Shown here in pieces: positions 41,412-52,781 of a stretch of DNA of 64,000 bases; the first letter of the stretch is position 1; each line of letters begins with the position of its first letter. The position numbers were made by a program, and so were the translations under genes. The stretch comes from Octopus bimaculoides (taxonomy: Eukaryota), in NCBI RefSeq assembly GCF_001194135.2, contig NC_069005.1:5733748-5797747 (forward strand), in the 5' to 3' direction. The notes under the pieces were generated by a model. That model was not told the origin of the DNA. It searched no databases and was given only the letters and a program-made list of their open reading frames with translations.

Positions 41412-41730
41412 ACCACATGGTTTAGTGGTTAGGGTATTCAGCTCATAAGCTTAAGGTCATGAGTTCAATTCTTTGTGACATATAGTGTTCTTGACAAAGA
41501 CACTTTATTTCATGTTGCTCCAGTCCACTCAGCTGGCAAAAATGTGTAGTACCTGTAATTCAAAGGAGCCAGCCTCGTCGCGTTCTGTGTTATGCTGAAT
41601 CTTCCTGGGAACTAAGCTAAGGGTACACATTTCTGTGGAGTGCTCAGCCACTTGTATGTTAATTTCATGAGCAGAGTGTTCTGTTCATTTGATCAACTGG
41701 ACTTTTGTAATTGAAACTGACAGAGTGCCA
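41412..41730 (+). mobile_element. tRNA-derived SINE family 3 (central ctccagtccactcagctg domain)
   Basis: tRNA-like head plus gtgttcttgacaaagacactt...ctccagtccactcagctgg; second copy at about 43418-43750. Confidence 0.7.
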
Positions 41731-42184
41731 GTTTAAAAAAAAAAACATGAGTGGCACTTGATACTGGAACTTACTATCACAAAGGATTCCTCTTGGTGAA
41801 AGCATATCCTTTGCATAGCAAAGACTGCACCCACTAACCTAATCTTCTTTAGGAACAGAAGATATTTCAGACCCCAACAACTGCCGACACTCTGCAAGGC
41901 TCAAGTGGGGCTCATAATGGAGTAAAAGGGTAAATGACTATAGGATTGCACTTAGAAAGTTCCCCTCCAAAGCACAAGTTCAAACCTGTGCCCGTGGCAC
42001 GTAAAAGCACCCATTACACTCTCAGAGTGGTTGGCATTAGGAAGGGCATCCAGCCATAGGAAACCATGCCAAACCAGACTGGAGTCTGGTGCAGCCTTCC
42101 AGCGTGCAGCCCAGTCAAACTCTCCAACCCATACCAGCATGGACAACAGATGTTAGATGATGATGATGATACATGTATATATAT

Positions 42185-42420
42185 AAGGGCGGAAAGCTGG
42201 TAGAATTGTTAGCATGCCAGGCGAAATGCTTAGTGGTATTTTGTCTGCTGTTACTTTCTGAGTTCAAATTCCGCCGAGGTCAATTTTGCCTTTCATTCTT
42301 TCGGGGTCGATTAAATAAGTACCAGTTACGCACTGGGGATCGATGTAATTGACTTAATCCCTTTGTCTGTCCTTGTTTGTCCCCTCTATGTTTAACCCCC
42401 TGTGGGCAATCAAGAAATAG
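42185..42420 (+). mobile_element. tRNA-derived SINE family 2, near full length
   Basis: Head through gggcaatcaagaaatag tail. Confidence 0.8.
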
Positions 42421-42822
42421 ATATATATATATGTATGTATGTATATACATATAACAGCATGAACAAGAATGGAGAAAAATCACATCCTTATTTGATGTTT
42501 GCATCATTCATTACCGACTATCATTTCTATTGTGCTAACATATTTAGATACAGAAAAAAATAAGGTACAAAATACCAATGAAACCAATATATCTGGAAAT
42601 TTGTGGTAACACAATAACACCAATGTAATCCAAAACAGGTTTAAGTTAAAATGAACTGAAATATTGTCTCTAATACATGAATGCATACAAAAAGGAAGTT
42701 AAGAAGTATAATAGGCTCAGAAAAGCCAGTTTAGTATTAAAAATTATGATGATGTCGGTAGATAATGAAAGAATAAAAAGGAAACATAAAATTTTACATT
42801 TAGTTGTACAGCTTTTTATATA

Positions 42823-43210
42823 TACTCTTTTACTTGTTTCAGTCATTTCACTGTGGCCATGCTGGAGCACCGCCTTTAGTCGAGCAAATCGACCCCAGGA
42901 CTTATTCTTTGTAAGCCTAGTACTTATTCCATCGGTCTCTTTTGCCGAACCACTAAGTTACGGGGATGTAAACACACCACCATCGGTTGTCAAGCGATGT
43001 TGGGGGGACAAACATTTACACACACACACATATATATATTTATATATACATATGTACGACAGGCTTCTTTCAGTCTCTGTCTACCAAATCCAATCACAAG
43101 GCTTTGGTCGGTCCGAGGCTATAGTAGAAGACACCTGCCCAAGGTGCCACACAGTGGGAATGAATCCAGAACCATGTGGTTGGTAAGCAAGCTACTTACC
43201 ACATGGCCAC
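42823..43210 (-). mobile_element. tRNA-derived SINE family 1, full length
   Basis: Reverse complement of 37224-37560. Confidence 0.85.
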
Positions 43211-43495
43211 ATGTTAAAATATGGTAATTATTTTCCAATATTCACATGGCTACCAGCCCTTCATGTCAGCTAATTTTTTCGCAACTAAAGCTGTAATAAT
43301 CTTCATGCTCTCCAATGCTGTTGACTGCTCACCAATACATCAAGTTGTTCCTGAAAAAGGAAGACAGAACAAATTGTCAAATTTAGCTCAAACACCCAGT
43401 ACATTCATTAAAAGCACATGACCCAGTGGTGAGGGTGTTGCACTTACAAATGAAAGATCCCGGTTTCAACTCCTGAACTGGGCAGTACATTGTAT

Positions 43496-43654
43496 CAGGG
43501 ACAGACTGAACTGTCGGTCAATGGGGCACTGCCCGAGGGCCCGGAGCTGTGAGGGGTCCACACTCTACATGTTAACTCTACTAAAACACACCTTCAAAGG
43601 GACCCAGTAAACAGTTATGCTTGAGGGTCCTTAATACTCTCAGTCTGCCCCCTG
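43496..43654. mobile_element. hAT-type MITE nested in SINE family 3
   Basis: Termini CAGGGACAGACTGA and TCAGTCTGCCCCCTG; 8-bp flanks CATTGTAT and CATTCTAT. Confidence 0.75.
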
Positions 43655-44079
43655 CATTCTATTCTTGAGTAAAACACTTCATTTCACATTGCACCAGTCC
43701 ACTCAGCTGTAAAGGAACAACCCAGTGATGGGCTTAGATCCCTTTAAGGGAGAATGCTGTGATCTTGCACACAAATACACCATGTGAAAATTGTACTAAC
43801 CAGCCATCTGCATACTCACAAGGCCCCAAATCCTAGGACGAGTAGATGGTCCCCACTGGATCAACAGTCAAAACACTGACCCTACAGAACATCATGTCTT
43901 ACTTAAGGAAACTACACCCTGACACAACGTCCTGTCTAACCACACTGTACTCTACCCAATATCCCCTGATTATCCCATTACACTGCATACAACAAGTCCT
44001 CACTAGCACACTAAATCCCTTATGTGTACCCTGATTTCTATGCTACCACACTAAACCCCTCACTGCCACAAACATTCTA

Positions 44080-44206
44080 CAGGGTGTCCACAAAGTCTGT
44101 GTACATGGAGTAAATAAAAACATAACATAAACAATTAAATATAAGAAATAATAATTTCTTAAAGTATGTGTTAATCCCCATGTACCCAGATTTTGTGGAC
44201 ACCCTG
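44080..44206. mobile_element. Tc1/mariner-type MITE
   Basis: TA-CAGGGTGTCCACAAAGTCTGTGTACATGG...CCATGTACCCAGATTTTGTGGACACCCTG-TA. Confidence 0.85.
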
Positions 44207-45976
44207 TAGTTTCAGCTTCTTTTAGTAGAAATAGCAGCCAAATACTCCTGAAATTTAATCTTATCTTTAAAAAAGTAGAAGGATGCATAGCATTATTATA
44301 TCAGCCTTGATAGACCTTGCCAAATCACCACTTTAATATACATCGTCTATAATAAACGTTGTCGTGTACATCCGTTATATCATCATCATCATTTTAACGT
44401 TCACTTNNNNNNNNNNAGCTGGATGTTCTTCCTGTCGCCAACCTTTTCCTGTTTCCTTGCACAGTAACATTACCCCCCATGCCCAGACCTGTTCTCCTAG
44501 AATATCGGAAACGAATTACATTGCTTGCATGACAGTGAAAATAATTTTACAAGTATCATGCGATATCTAGGCAAGCATATATACGAAGGGCTTCTTTCGG
44601 TTTCCGTCTACCAAATCCACTCACAAGGCTGTGCGTGTGTGTGTAGTTTTGTGTCGCCTATCGTTAGGATTAACAAAGAGAACACGTGTTGTTATTTTTT
44701 ATAATAAATACTGCCGAGTAATTTACATGCTCGGCTAATTTTTCACCTTACAGTTTAGGGGCCAAATACGTGCAAGCTTAGTGGATCATTCCCTTGACGA
44801 TTTAGGATTTTCGATAATCCCCTTTGTAATTCCTTTCCTGCACTACATATTTGAAAAAGAAAGGAAAAAGAAAACAAAACGATGAGCTGGCTCACTGGCG
44901 TGGAATAGCGAAGTCGGGACCCACTATCACCACCGGCGGATCTCCGTCGATCGGCCACGAAGATTCTTGTTTGATCAACTGAATAACCTGCCCCTGAATT
45001 GTGTAGCCTTAATGTAATTGTCAGCCAGAAGCGGGGTGTCACGGTTTTGTAAATGAATAACATAAAACACGGCAATGTTTCGCCCATAAAACTATCATGT
45101 ATCACAAACCACATTGAATGCGGAAGGCGAGCTCATTTTGATTACTGTAACCTACATACTATTATCCAATATAGGTATACTTTTTTAATAGTGACGTCCC
45201 CTCCACATCCGATAAATACCATCCATGGTTGACACCTTTTGTAGTGGACGAGCCAACGAAGTGGCTAGGTGCGTAGAGAAACCTCTGTACGGTTACAAAA
45301 CCGGCAAGAAATAATCAGATATCTACTCGAATCCGTTTAAATCTAAAACTAAAGGAGGGACATATTGAATAATGTATTCCGAGGTATATTGTTTTGAAAA
45401 TAAAAATAAACATATAACTGGATGCTCACGGTTGGAAAGCCTTTGCTTGGGGCTTTGTACTATGAGGACTGGATAATGTAATCACATTTCACTAATGATA
45501 AAGAAAAGTACTAAGTGAAAATAATATCGGTATTTGATGTGAGGCCTACTCATTTTAATAAATTATAAATAATTGCACCAATGGGTTGAATTGAGAAAAG
45601 AGGAAGAAGCATGGATTAGATTAGTAATAAGAGAATCTTCGATTATCATCGAAGTGTTAGATTATCGATAGACATCGTAATGGGAATAAGGGTAACATTA
45701 AATACGATTAAAAATAACCCCTCCTCAACGTATCTAAGTATATGTGTGGTGCGCGCGCTAAAACGCACGTACATACATACACACACGTATGTATACACAC
45801 TGATATGTTAGTTAATATTTAATTCCAGGATCTTTACCCTTTGGCCGGCAGATTTAAAAAATCTAATTTCAATATACCGAAATTCTTTCGTGATTAAAAA
45901 AAGTCCTTTTGTTGCATTTTAATATTTTAAATTTATTTAGTTCATTCATTTGTGCATGTGTGTAGATGTGTGTGTA

Positions 45977-46008
<32 letters not shown>

Positions 46009-46182
46009 AGAGAGAGAGAGAGTGAGAGAGAGAATATAATATAATACGGAGCTTTTCTGACATTTTAGAAAAAAATGTCTAGAATGAAATAAATGTACAT
46101 TTCTTTTTTTTTTCCGTGAAAACGTTGGCATTTCGCCAAATTCAGTCCGTATTGTAACGGAAGTACCAAAGCAGAAGCAGCG

Positions 46183-46668
46183 NNNNNNNNNNNNNNNNNN
46201 NNNNNNNNNNNNNNNNNNNNNNNNNNNNNNNNNNNNNNNNNNNNNNNNNNNNNNNNNNNNNNNNNNNNNNNNNNNNNNNNNNNNNNNNNNNNNNNNNNNN
46301 NNNNNNNNNNNNNNNNNNNNNNNNNNNNNNNNNNNNNNNNNNNNNNNNNNNNNNNNNNNNNNNNNNNNNNNNNNNNNNNNNNNNNNNNNNNNNNNNNNNN
46401 NNNNNNNNNNNNNNNNNNNNNNNNNNNNNNNNNNNNNNNNNNNNNNNNNNNNNNNNNNNNNNNNNNNNNNNNNNNNNNNNNNNNNNNNNNNNNNNNNNNN
46501 NNNNNNNNNNNNNNNNNNNNNNNNNNNNNNNNNNNNNNNNNNNNNNNNNNNNNNNNNNNNNNNNNNNNNNNNNNNNNNNNNNNNNNNNNNNNNNNNNNNN
46601 NNNNNNNNNNNNNNNNNNNNNNNNNNNNNNNNNNNNNNNNNNNNNNNNNNNNNNNNNNNNNNNNNNNA
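46183..46668. other. Assembly gap; others at about 7811-7980, 26347-26370, 34330-35008, 36784-37031, 37917-38367, 44407-44416, 52205-52741, 55041-55533, 60842-60851
   Basis: N runs, most flanked by (TA)n. Confidence 0.95.
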
Positions 46669-46886
46669 TATATATATATATACATATATACACACAAAGC
46701 GAGAGAGAGGTATTGCAGGTAAGATAAAGAGAACTTTAAAAATGGGCGTACGCATGATTAAATTTAAACAGATATATGTACGTGTGTGTATGTATATATA
46801 TACATGCATACATACATATGCATGTGCATATGTATGTATATATATATATATGTGCATACATGTGTATATATATACATATGCATGTG

Positions 46887-46917
<31 letters not shown>

Positions 46918-47067
46918 GCATACATATGTATGTGTATATATATACATGAGTATATATATGTGTGCGTTTGTACTAAACTGTTAATGATGAGTTATCGATC
47001 TCTCGTTTTCATCTTATTACATCTGTTTGAATATTTATTTTATAACTATCAAACCGTCTCTTTCTTT

Positions 47068-47098
<31 letters not shown>

Positions 47099-48531
47099 TG
47101 TGACTCTGGTTTAATTTTGTCTATACCTGCACTTACTGTTATATCTATAGGCAATCTTTCGATAACCAAAATGAAAAAGACGAGATACACAAAGGAGACT
47201 AAGCATGGCTTAGCCTATTTCATCTTAGTTTTAATGTTTTAACAAAGAAACACCCCTTTCGTTAACTCCTGAGTAGGCGAAAGGTGAGTGCTAAAAGACA
47301 TTAGAACTGTAAAAACGAAACACGTACATACTTCGAAGTCACTGTCAACACGATACTCGTAAAAGAATAATATGGGATTGAGTAATCTTTCGTTTTAATA
47401 CGAAATTGTTTTATAACTCGACTTAAAAAAACAACCTAGAAATCATGCTTCAATGGCAGAAGGACAAAGAGAGACAAGTACAATGACGGTTATTAGAGCA
47501 ATACATTGTAGGCGGGTGTGTAACTAGAGAGGGGGGAAGAGTTAACAAAAAAAAAATGAGAGTTATGTACATCACCCTCACGTATTCAAGTTTATTCAAA
47601 AACATTGGTTTTGTATTAATTTTTACCAAGAGAAAAATGTTTTTCTTTTGTGTGGCTGTTGCAGTTGATCTGTGGAAACTATTTCATTCACTATTTTAAA
47701 CCTGATTAAACTGTGTTACATAAAAATAGTCTATTTATGAATGTATAATCTACTTATATAATCCTCAAAGAGAAAAATAAAAGGCGTCGCAGTGGTTTGA
47801 ATTACTGAAACAGTCTATTATTATCCAGCAGGCTTTCACACTGGGTCTGTGTAACCCGCAGTTTTTACTCACAAAAGGCTTGGGACGATCATAGATTGAC
47901 CGGTACTCGGGAAACCTCATGATTCTCAAGTAAACAGTGATCGCTCTTAGCCAAAATAACAAAGTCAGTGTGGAATTCTTTAAAGGTTAAACATCACCAA
48001 ATACACGGAACCTATATAGATATTATAAAATGCCTGTTATGTTTAAAGGAGACGTGGGTTCGTGTACCACAGGTAGCCTTCGACTTTTTTTTATCCAGAA
48101 AGGGTTATTCAACGCAATATTTACATGCTGTAATTTATTGCTTCATGTATGTCTCAAGATCTAATGTTGTTTTTTAAAAAAAAGTATAGATACACACACA
48201 CACATACATGTAACTCTTACATTTCATGCCAATATATGGACAGCTCAGGACAAACACTTGCACATCGTGGGGTTTAAAAAAAACACTAAACACCCTTAGA
48301 TCAAGCGTTGCTAGTTGTACATTTCTTCATTCATCAATTTCTTTTTTCGAAAACTTTATCGAGCAATATAAAGTAATATTAACCAAGCAATTACTTCTTG
48401 CGAACATTTTTTTAAACTACTAATTACTAAAATTTAAAATATTAATAAACAAGATTTTTTTTAATACAGCATTTTTCTTTTCGAAGGTTTTCATATCATC
48501 TACTTTTAATTGTGGCGAGTTCTACTTTCGG

Positions 48532-48594
<63 letters not shown>

Positions 48595-49288
48595 TATTGT
48601 CTGGGTAGAATCGTTCTCTTTTAATGCCTTATTACTTAACACACACACCGGTTCGATTTCTATTCATTTACTTATCTATTATTTTTTTCTAAAATTTTCG
48701 TTGTGACTTGCAACATCTTCAATAGTCGTTGACATATATGTATATGTATTGTGTTATATCGTTTTCACCTTTAGTATCTCGTTATGCAACATTTTGCTTG
48801 CGACACTCTCCCCACCACACAACACACACTTTTTTCTCCAACGTCCTTTCTAATTGTCCTCAAAAAAAGAATTAGGTGAGTTTTTCGCCTCCTTCGCTAT
48901 CTCGTGGTTCGCATATCTATTAGACACTTATCCATATCAGTGTACGTAATGTAGATGTAGAATATATATTTATCAGAGAGATAAAAAGAGAGTGTGTGTG
49001 TGTGAATGCGTCTATCTTCACACACACACACAATATAATTTGGGTAACAACCTCGTAATGTGCATTTAAGAACTGCTATACCGTTATTGGCTATGATATG
49101 CCACTCTACAGCAGGATATTTTCCCACGGCTGGATAAACGTGTGGAACTCTGCTATTGTATAAGAGTAATTTAAGAATAGCGAAATCGTGATGGGACCTG
49201 TGCCCAGCGTCGCCTTCCTGGCACGTGTCAGACATTCGATCAGGTTCATCGCACGAATAAATTGTTTTCCTGTTTTGTTCCATTGCAG

Positions 49289-49518
49289 TTAAAGACTGGC
49301 TGAGTCTGATGCCATTTGTCGGGACCGTGTCCCTCATTGTCTACGTCACGTCTCACACATTCCAGGAGAAATGGGAGCAGTATCAGGGACGGAATCGCGA
49401 TAACCTTTGCAAAGTCAACCTGTCCATCAAGAAATGCAGCGACAAAGTGGTTGACATGGTCGACATCGAAGACCTCGGGGATAAAGTTGTATACTGTCGC
49501 TGCTGGAGGTCAGCAACG
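49289..49518 (+). CDS. CISD2: CDGSH iron-sulfur domain (NEET) protein, CISD2-like, internal coding exon
   Basis: cattgcag|TTAAAGACTGG...GCAACG|gtcagt; encodes (V)KDWLSLMPFVGTVSLIVYVT (transmembrane)...KVVDMVDIEDLGDKVVYCRCWRSAT; phase 1 in, phase 0 out. CISD1 versus CISD2 naming is by resemblance only. Confidence 0.9.
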
Positions 49519-49729
49519 GTCAGTTCCGCTCCTATTCAGGACTTCTTTATGCTTTAAAAAATAACTTTTTGTATTTTATTTTGTTTTATATCTTTTCTCT
49601 TGTTCCGGTCATTGCATTGCGGCCATGCTGGGGCACCACTTTGAAGGGTTCAATTGAATAAATTGACCCCTTTCTTTTTAAAAAAAAACTTGTATTTATT
49701 CCACTGGTACCTTTTGCTGAATCACTAAG

Positions 49730-49960
49730 TTGCAGAACATAAACAGACCAGATCTCCAGAGGCTTAATGTCACCTTGGAGGATGCAGAGGAGCTGGTACA
49801 AGACTTCCAGTGATGGAGAGCTCTGGTGGACCTGTTTGGCTGTACACATAATAACACTTCTGGGACCACTAACTTGGAATGATCCCAGCCCCTTCTTACA
49901 AAAGCATGAAGCCAAGCCATTCAAATTCCAGTGATGGAGTTTTGTTTCTTTGTTAGAAGC
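49730..49960 (+). mobile_element. LINE 3' ORF remnant in the CISD intron
   Basis: DLQRLNVTLEDAEELVQD.....WRALVDL resembles the RTE C-terminus. Confidence 0.45.
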
Positions 49961-50556
49961 CACCTCTTTCCTTGCAGGAAGAATTCATATAATTTAAAAA
50001 GAAAGGAAAATGCATCACCTTCTTTTAACTGACTCATCTTCATCACCATCTTCTCTTCTCTTTTTTTCCAACTGGGTTAGCCATGTGTCTACTCTACAGC
50101 AAGACACTTGTTACTGTCCCTCTATTATACTTCAACCTCTCATTACCTGGCTTAAAGCCACCTCCCCCAATACTACACCCAAGTCAGCTGAGGTGGGTCT
50201 TGTCTTGCAATGCGAGTTACCTGGTGACCTCACTGGTCCAGGTGCCATGTAAAAAGCACTCTGTAGAGTGGTTGACGCTTGGAAGGTCTTCCAGCTGTAG
50301 AAACCGGTTCTCTGGCTTGCCAGCTTCTTCTGAGCCATCCAACCCATGTCAGCATGGAAGATGGATGGTAAATAGTGGTGGTGGTGATGTCAATGATAAT
50401 TATGTCATATATATATATATATATATATCTATTACCATAGTGTATATATTGCATGCTTCTTACAGTATGAAGAGTTTTTCACTTGTATTTCTTGCATTAT
50501 AGATGCTTCGGCACCCTCAATCAGAATTAGGTATATATAAATACATACCTTTTTAG

Positions 50557-50912
50557 CTTTTGCTTGTTTCAGTCATTACACTGCGGCCATGCTGGGGCAC
50601 TACCTCGAAGAATTTTAGTCAAACAAATCAAACTTGAGTTCTTATTTTCTAAAGCGCTTATTCTATCAGTGACTTTTGCCAAACAACCAAGTCATGGGGA
50701 TGTAAACACACCAACACCGGTTGTCAAACGATCAGGGACAAGCACACCCACCCATGCATGTGGTGAGCTTCTCTCAGTTTCCTTCTACAAAGTCCATTCA
50801 CAAGGCTTTGGTCAGCCTGAAGCTGTAGTAGAAGACGCTTGGTGAAGGTGCCGTGCAGTGGGAATGAACCTGGGACCATGTGGTTGGGAAGCAAACTTAT
50901 GTGACCACACAC
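50557..50912 (-). mobile_element. tRNA-derived SINE family 1 in the CISD intron
   Basis: Reverse complement of the family 1 copy at 37224. Confidence 0.8.
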
Positions 50913-51109
50913 CGGGTCACACAATAATGGAACACATTTAATTTGTAGTTTCCAAATCATGGATACTCACCCATGCCTGTCCCATTCCTAATTGCTTGTG
51001 TTTAAAATGCATCTCATCAATACAAGACACCCTGTATTTTGTATATATGTGTATATATTTATATTTATAATATGCTTTTATTTATTCATTCATTTATTTT
51101 CCATTTCAG

Positions 51110-51205
51110 TTTCCTTTCTGCGATGGCTCACATGCCAAACACAACAAGCTTACATCTGATAATGTTGGGCCTCTTGTCTTGAAGAGACGAGAATCTGGAC
51201 AATGA
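51110..51205 (+). CDS. CISD2: CISD2-like last coding exon
   Basis: ccatttcag|TTTCCTTTCTGCGATGGCTCACAT...CAATGA; [31 protein letters not shown]; completes the CDGSH motif [16 protein letters not shown]. Confidence 0.93.
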   Translation, partial: FPFCDGSHAKHNKLTSDNVGPLVLKRRESGQ

Positions 51206-51472
51206 AGTTGACCCTGGCTTAGTCTCAATGTTTTTTTGGTGGTGGGGCAGGGGTTATTATTGCCCAAAACAACTTTTTCTTTGACCCACTTTATTTTTTT
51301 TTATTATTGTAGTTGTGAAAATAGAAGTATTTAAAGACAGAGAATAGTTCTTGATTGAATGAGGTATTTTATTTACTCTTTGCTACCTCCTTGGCCAGCT
51401 TAATTTAATTAACAATACTTTTGCATTGTTCCTGTTAGGAATTGTGAAGAAATCATTTTATATCTAAAGTAT

Positions 51473-51507
<35 letters not shown>

Positions 51508-52741
51508 ACATACATACATACATTTCATATATATTATATTGATATATATATACACATTATTGCATATATATATATATATATATGTATATGTATGTATATA
51601 TATCTATATGTATGTATATATATATCTATATGTATGTATGTATGTCTCCAGTATTATTTTTCTTTCGTTTTTTTCTTCTTTTTTTCTTTTGTATTTATAT
51701 AACAAAAATGTTAAAAATCATAAAACAATCAAACAATGAAAAACAAGTGCTCACACCGAGAGAATGAACATTGTTGTTTTAGCTCAGGGGCTGGGCAAAG
51801 CTGTGACCAAAGGCATTCCAGCCATGACCATCCTGTCTTAGTCATATCTAGGACCACACTGTCGTATGTGTCTGACCTTATTCAAGACGACAGGGTTCTG
51901 TTTCATAGGCAAACTCTGCATGTTCCGCAATCACGTAGACATGTCCAATAGCCTATTGTTTGTTACAGGAAACATACTGGAAGAATTTCTCAAAACATTT
52001 TGGTGGGGTTTTTTTTTTTTTTTTGAAAGAAATTAAATTCAAACTTTGAACTGGTTAGTGCTTCCCTTCACATATCATTTCCTAAGGGTATTCTTTATAT
52101 ATTCTCTTGGGGTAAAAAAAAAAAAAAAAATTAAGAAAACAACTTTTAATAATAATTAAAAATCCTTTTTTTTTTTTTCTTTTTATTATTTATTTATGGT
52201 ACTANNNNNNNNNNNNNNNNNNNNNNNNNNNNNNNNNNNNNNNNNNNNNNNNNNNNNNNNNNNNNNNNNNNNNNNNNNNNNNNNNNNNNNNNNNNNNNNN
52301 NNNNNNNNNNNNNNNNNNNNNNNNNNNNNNNNNNNNNNNNNNNNNNNNNNNNNNNNNNNNNNNNNNNNNNNNNNNNNNNNNNNNNNNNNNNNNNNNNNNN
52401 NNNNNNNNNNNNNNNNNNNNNNNNNNNNNNNNNNNNNNNNNNNNNNNNNNNNNNNNNNNNNNNNNNNNNNNNNNNNNNNNNNNNNNNNNNNNNNNNNNNN
52501 NNNNNNNNNNNNNNNNNNNNNNNNNNNNNNNNNNNNNNNNNNNNNNNNNNNNNNNNNNNNNNNNNNNNNNNNNNNNNNNNNNNNNNNNNNNNNNNNNNNN
52601 NNNNNNNNNNNNNNNNNNNNNNNNNNNNNNNNNNNNNNNNNNNNNNNNNNNNNNNNNNNNNNNNNNNNNNNNNNNNNNNNNNNNNNNNNNNNNNNNNNNN
52701 NNNNNNNNNNNNNNNNNNNNNNNNNNNNNNNNNNNNNNNNN

Positions 52742-52781
<40 letters not shown>

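Noticed and set aside
48897-49337. 146-aa minus-strand ORF
   Set aside because: Antisense to CISD exon 2, includes microsatellite-derived residues, no recognisable family.
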